From positions 904 through 64,903 of the forward strand of contig JAPPGU010000002.1 of the NCBI GenBank assembly GCA_028821265.1: a DNA stretch of 64,000 nt, read 5' to 3'. The notes beneath the pieces are model-generated. The model saw nothing but the letters and a program-made list of their open reading frames with translations, made no database searches and was not told the DNA's origin. The translations under genes and the position numbers were made by a program. How positions within the stretch are numbered: position 1 is the first letter of the stretch; each line of letters opens with the position of its first letter. This stretch comes from a bacterium. GTDB taxonomy: Bacteria > Actinomycetota > Acidimicrobiia > Spongiisociales > Spongiisociaceae. Shown piece by piece: positions 62,067 through 64,000 of the stretch.

Positions 62067-64000
62067 ATGAGTTCGACTAACGAGGCGGCGTTCGAGGCTC
62101 ACATCGCCGGCTGGCTGGTCAACCATGGCGGCTACCGGCGAGTGAAGACCACCGGCGACGGCTACGAGTCCGACTTCGACGGTATTGCCGGCGTGGACAC
62201 GGCCGACCTGTTCGGGTTCATCAAAGCGACCCAGGCGGACCGGTGGGACAAGTTGGTGGACTCGGGCTACGGCGGCGATCCGGATGTCGCGAAGGCCAAG
62301 TTCGTGCAGCGCTTGGCTGCCCAGCTTGACAAGCGGGGCACGGTGGATGTGCTGCGGCGGGGCGTTACCGATTACAACGTTCCGGTCCGCCTGGCCTACT
62401 TCAAGCCGGCTCACGGGCTCACTCCGGAGTTGGTGGAGCGGTACGAGGCGAACATCCTGTCGGTCGCTCGGCAGTTGCGCTACCAGCCGGGGAGCAACAA
62501 GACCATCGACCTGGGCCTGTTCGTGAACGGGATCCCGGTGGCGACAGCCGAGTTGAAGAACCCGCTGACCGGCCAGAGCGTCGAGCATGCGATGTTGCAG
62601 TACCGCAAGGACCGCGACCCCAAGAACCGGACACTCAAGCGAGTGGGGATGGTCCACTTCGCGGTAGATCCGTACTCGGTGGCCATGACCACACATCTGG
62701 CGGGCAAGTGGACTCGGTTCCTGCCCTTCAACCAGGGCGACGATCTGGGAGCGGGGAATCCCTCCAACCCGGACGGGCATCGGACTGCCTACCTGTGGGA
62801 GCGGGTGTGGTCCCGGGACGCGTGGATGGACATCCTGGGCCGTTTCATCCATGTCGAGAAACCGTCCAAGGGCTCCAAGGCCCGTCCGACCGTGATCTTC
62901 CCCCGGTTCCACCAGTGGGACGCGGTGCGCCGCCTGGAGGCCGACGCCCAGGTCGCCGGGGCGGGTAGTAACTATCTGGTGCAGCATTCGGCGGGGTCGG
63001 GCAAGTCCAACTCGATCGCCTGGCTGGCTCACCGGTTCTCGTCTCTGCATAGTGCCGAGGATCAGGAGGTGTTCGACAAGGTGGTGGTGATCACCGACCG
63101 CATCATCCTCGATCGCCAACTCCAGGATGTGATCAGCCAGTTCGAGCACGCCATCGGCGTCGTGCAGTCGATCGACAAGGACGCCGGCCAGCTGGCCGAA
63201 GCGTTGAAGGGTGAGCAGGCCCGGATCATCGTCACCACCCTCCAGAAGTTCCCGTTCGTGTTCGATCACGTCTTGTCGTTGCCGGAGCGCACCTACGCGG
63301 TGATCGTGGACGAGGCCCATTCATCGCAGACCGGTGAGGCAGCCAAGGACCTCCGCCGGGCTCTGGGAACCGCCGAGGCGGATATCGATGACGAAGCCAC
63401 CGACGCTGAGACGCTGCTGGCCGACGCGGTGGCGGCGCGGGGTCGGCAGCCGAACCTGTCGTTCTTCGCGTTCACGGCCACTCCCAAGGGCCGGACGCTG
63501 GAGTTGTTCGGCGAGAAGGGCCCGGACGGGAAGCACCAGCCGTTCCACCTGTACCCGATGCGCCAGGCCATCGAGGAGCGCTTCATCGAGGACGTTCTGG
63601 CCAACTACCTCACTTACAACCGCTACTACCACCTCGAGAAGACCCTCCTGGAGGATCCCAAGTACGAGACAGCGAAGGCCCGGGCGGCCCTAGCCCGCTT
63701 CGTCACCCTCCACCCCGAGAATCTGGGGCAGAGGGCCGACATCGTGGTCGAGCACTTCCTGGACAGGATTGCGCACCGGATGGTGGGGAGAGCAAAGGCC
63801 ATGGTGGTCTGCTCCTCCCGGCCGCACGCGGTGGGGATGTGGAGGGCGCTCCGCAAGCACATCAACAACAACGGCCACGATCTAGGCGTCTTAGTGGCCT
63901 TCTCCGGGGAGGTCGAGGGACTGACCGAGACCAAGGCCAACGGGTTTCCGGAATCGGAGACAGCCACCCGATTCGACGGGGACGAGTACCGGATCATGGT
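62067..64000 (+). CDS. hsdR: type I restriction enzyme R subunit, 3' end outside the window
   Basis: The frame is open from the ATG at 62067 to the window edge, so it is absent from the ORF track. It has an HsdR N-terminal nuclease region (IDLGLFVNGIPVATAELKN), Walker A HSAGSGKSNS, and the DEAH box VIVDEAHSSQ. Confidence 0.85.
   Translation, partial: MSSTNEAAFEAHIAGWLVNHGGYRRVKTTGDGYESDFDGIAGVDTADLFGFIKATQADRWDKLVDSGYGGDPDVAKAKFVQRLAAQLDKRGTVDVLRRGVTDYNVPVRLAYFKPAHGLTPELVERYEANILSVARQLRYQPGSNKTIDLGLFVNGIPVATAELKNPLTGQSVEHAMLQYRKDRDPKNRTLKRVGMVHFAVDPYSVAMTTHLAGKWTRFLPFNQGDDLGAGNPSNPDGHRTAYLWERVWSRDAWMDILGRFIHVEKPSKGSKARPTVIFPRFHQWDAVRRLEADAQVAGAGSNYLVQHSAGSGKSNSIAWLAHRFSSLHSAEDQEVFDKVVVITDRIILDRQLQDVISQFEHAIGVVQSIDKDAGQLAEALKGEQARIIVTTLQKFPFVFDHVLSLPERTYAVIVDEAHSSQTGEAAKDLRRALGTAEADIDDEATDAETLLADAVAARGRQPNLSFFAFTATPKGRTLELFGEKGPDGKHQPFHLYPMRQAIEERFIEDVLANYLTYNRYYHLEKTLLEDPKYETAKARAALARFVTLHPENLGQRADIVVEHFLDRIAHRMVGRAKAMVVCSSRPHAVGMWRALRKHINNNGHDLGVLVAFSGEVEGLTETKANGFPESETATRFDGDEYRIM

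Overview
High-GC bacterial chromosome segment with about 65 densely packed genes. Several markers suggest Actinomycetota: an MshA-type GT4 next to a YbjN-like gene, a MhuD-like haem oxygenase, a GuaB1-type IMPDH paralogue, an LCP ligase and VapBC. This lineage call is inference. From left to right the window holds: housekeeping and cell-envelope genes (1-24.4 kb), including a class II ribonucleotide reductase split by a LAGLIDADG intein and a 2-oxoacid dehydrogenase E1a/E1b/E2 operon; a long amide/heterocycle catabolic island (24.5-46.9 kb); an envelope and thiol-redox cluster (48.9-54 kb); and a type I restriction-modification locus (55.4 kb to the window end). The hsdR gene of that locus runs off the window edge, so it is missing from the ORF track. 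The strongest finding is a selenoprotein A gene (grdA, 31887..32339, minus strand). Its in-frame UGA sits in the CFVU motif, so the ORF track shows only the C-terminal 102 aa. It lies next to a grdC-like gene, with no grdB/E, grdD or thioredoxin genes in view. Other observations: four phased heptanucleotide tandem arrays (TGGTCAG and AACTAGC families) placed against gene starts; a family of roughly 100-nt nested hairpin repeats and two paralogous intergenic segments; a MauE-like gene followed by a Tat-secreted, about 22-Cys MauA-like domain fused to three SLH repeats; adjacent MauD-like and CcdA-like genes each carrying one in-frame stop (TAG and TGA, the TGA at the position of the CcdA SPC cysteine); a MoaD-like domain ending in GG fused to a polytopic membrane domain; and four unrelated genes plus a 4 x 23-bp iteron inserted between hsdS and hsdR. 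All protein family calls come from motif-level reading and remembered family signatures, not from database searches. Many start codons are uncertain.
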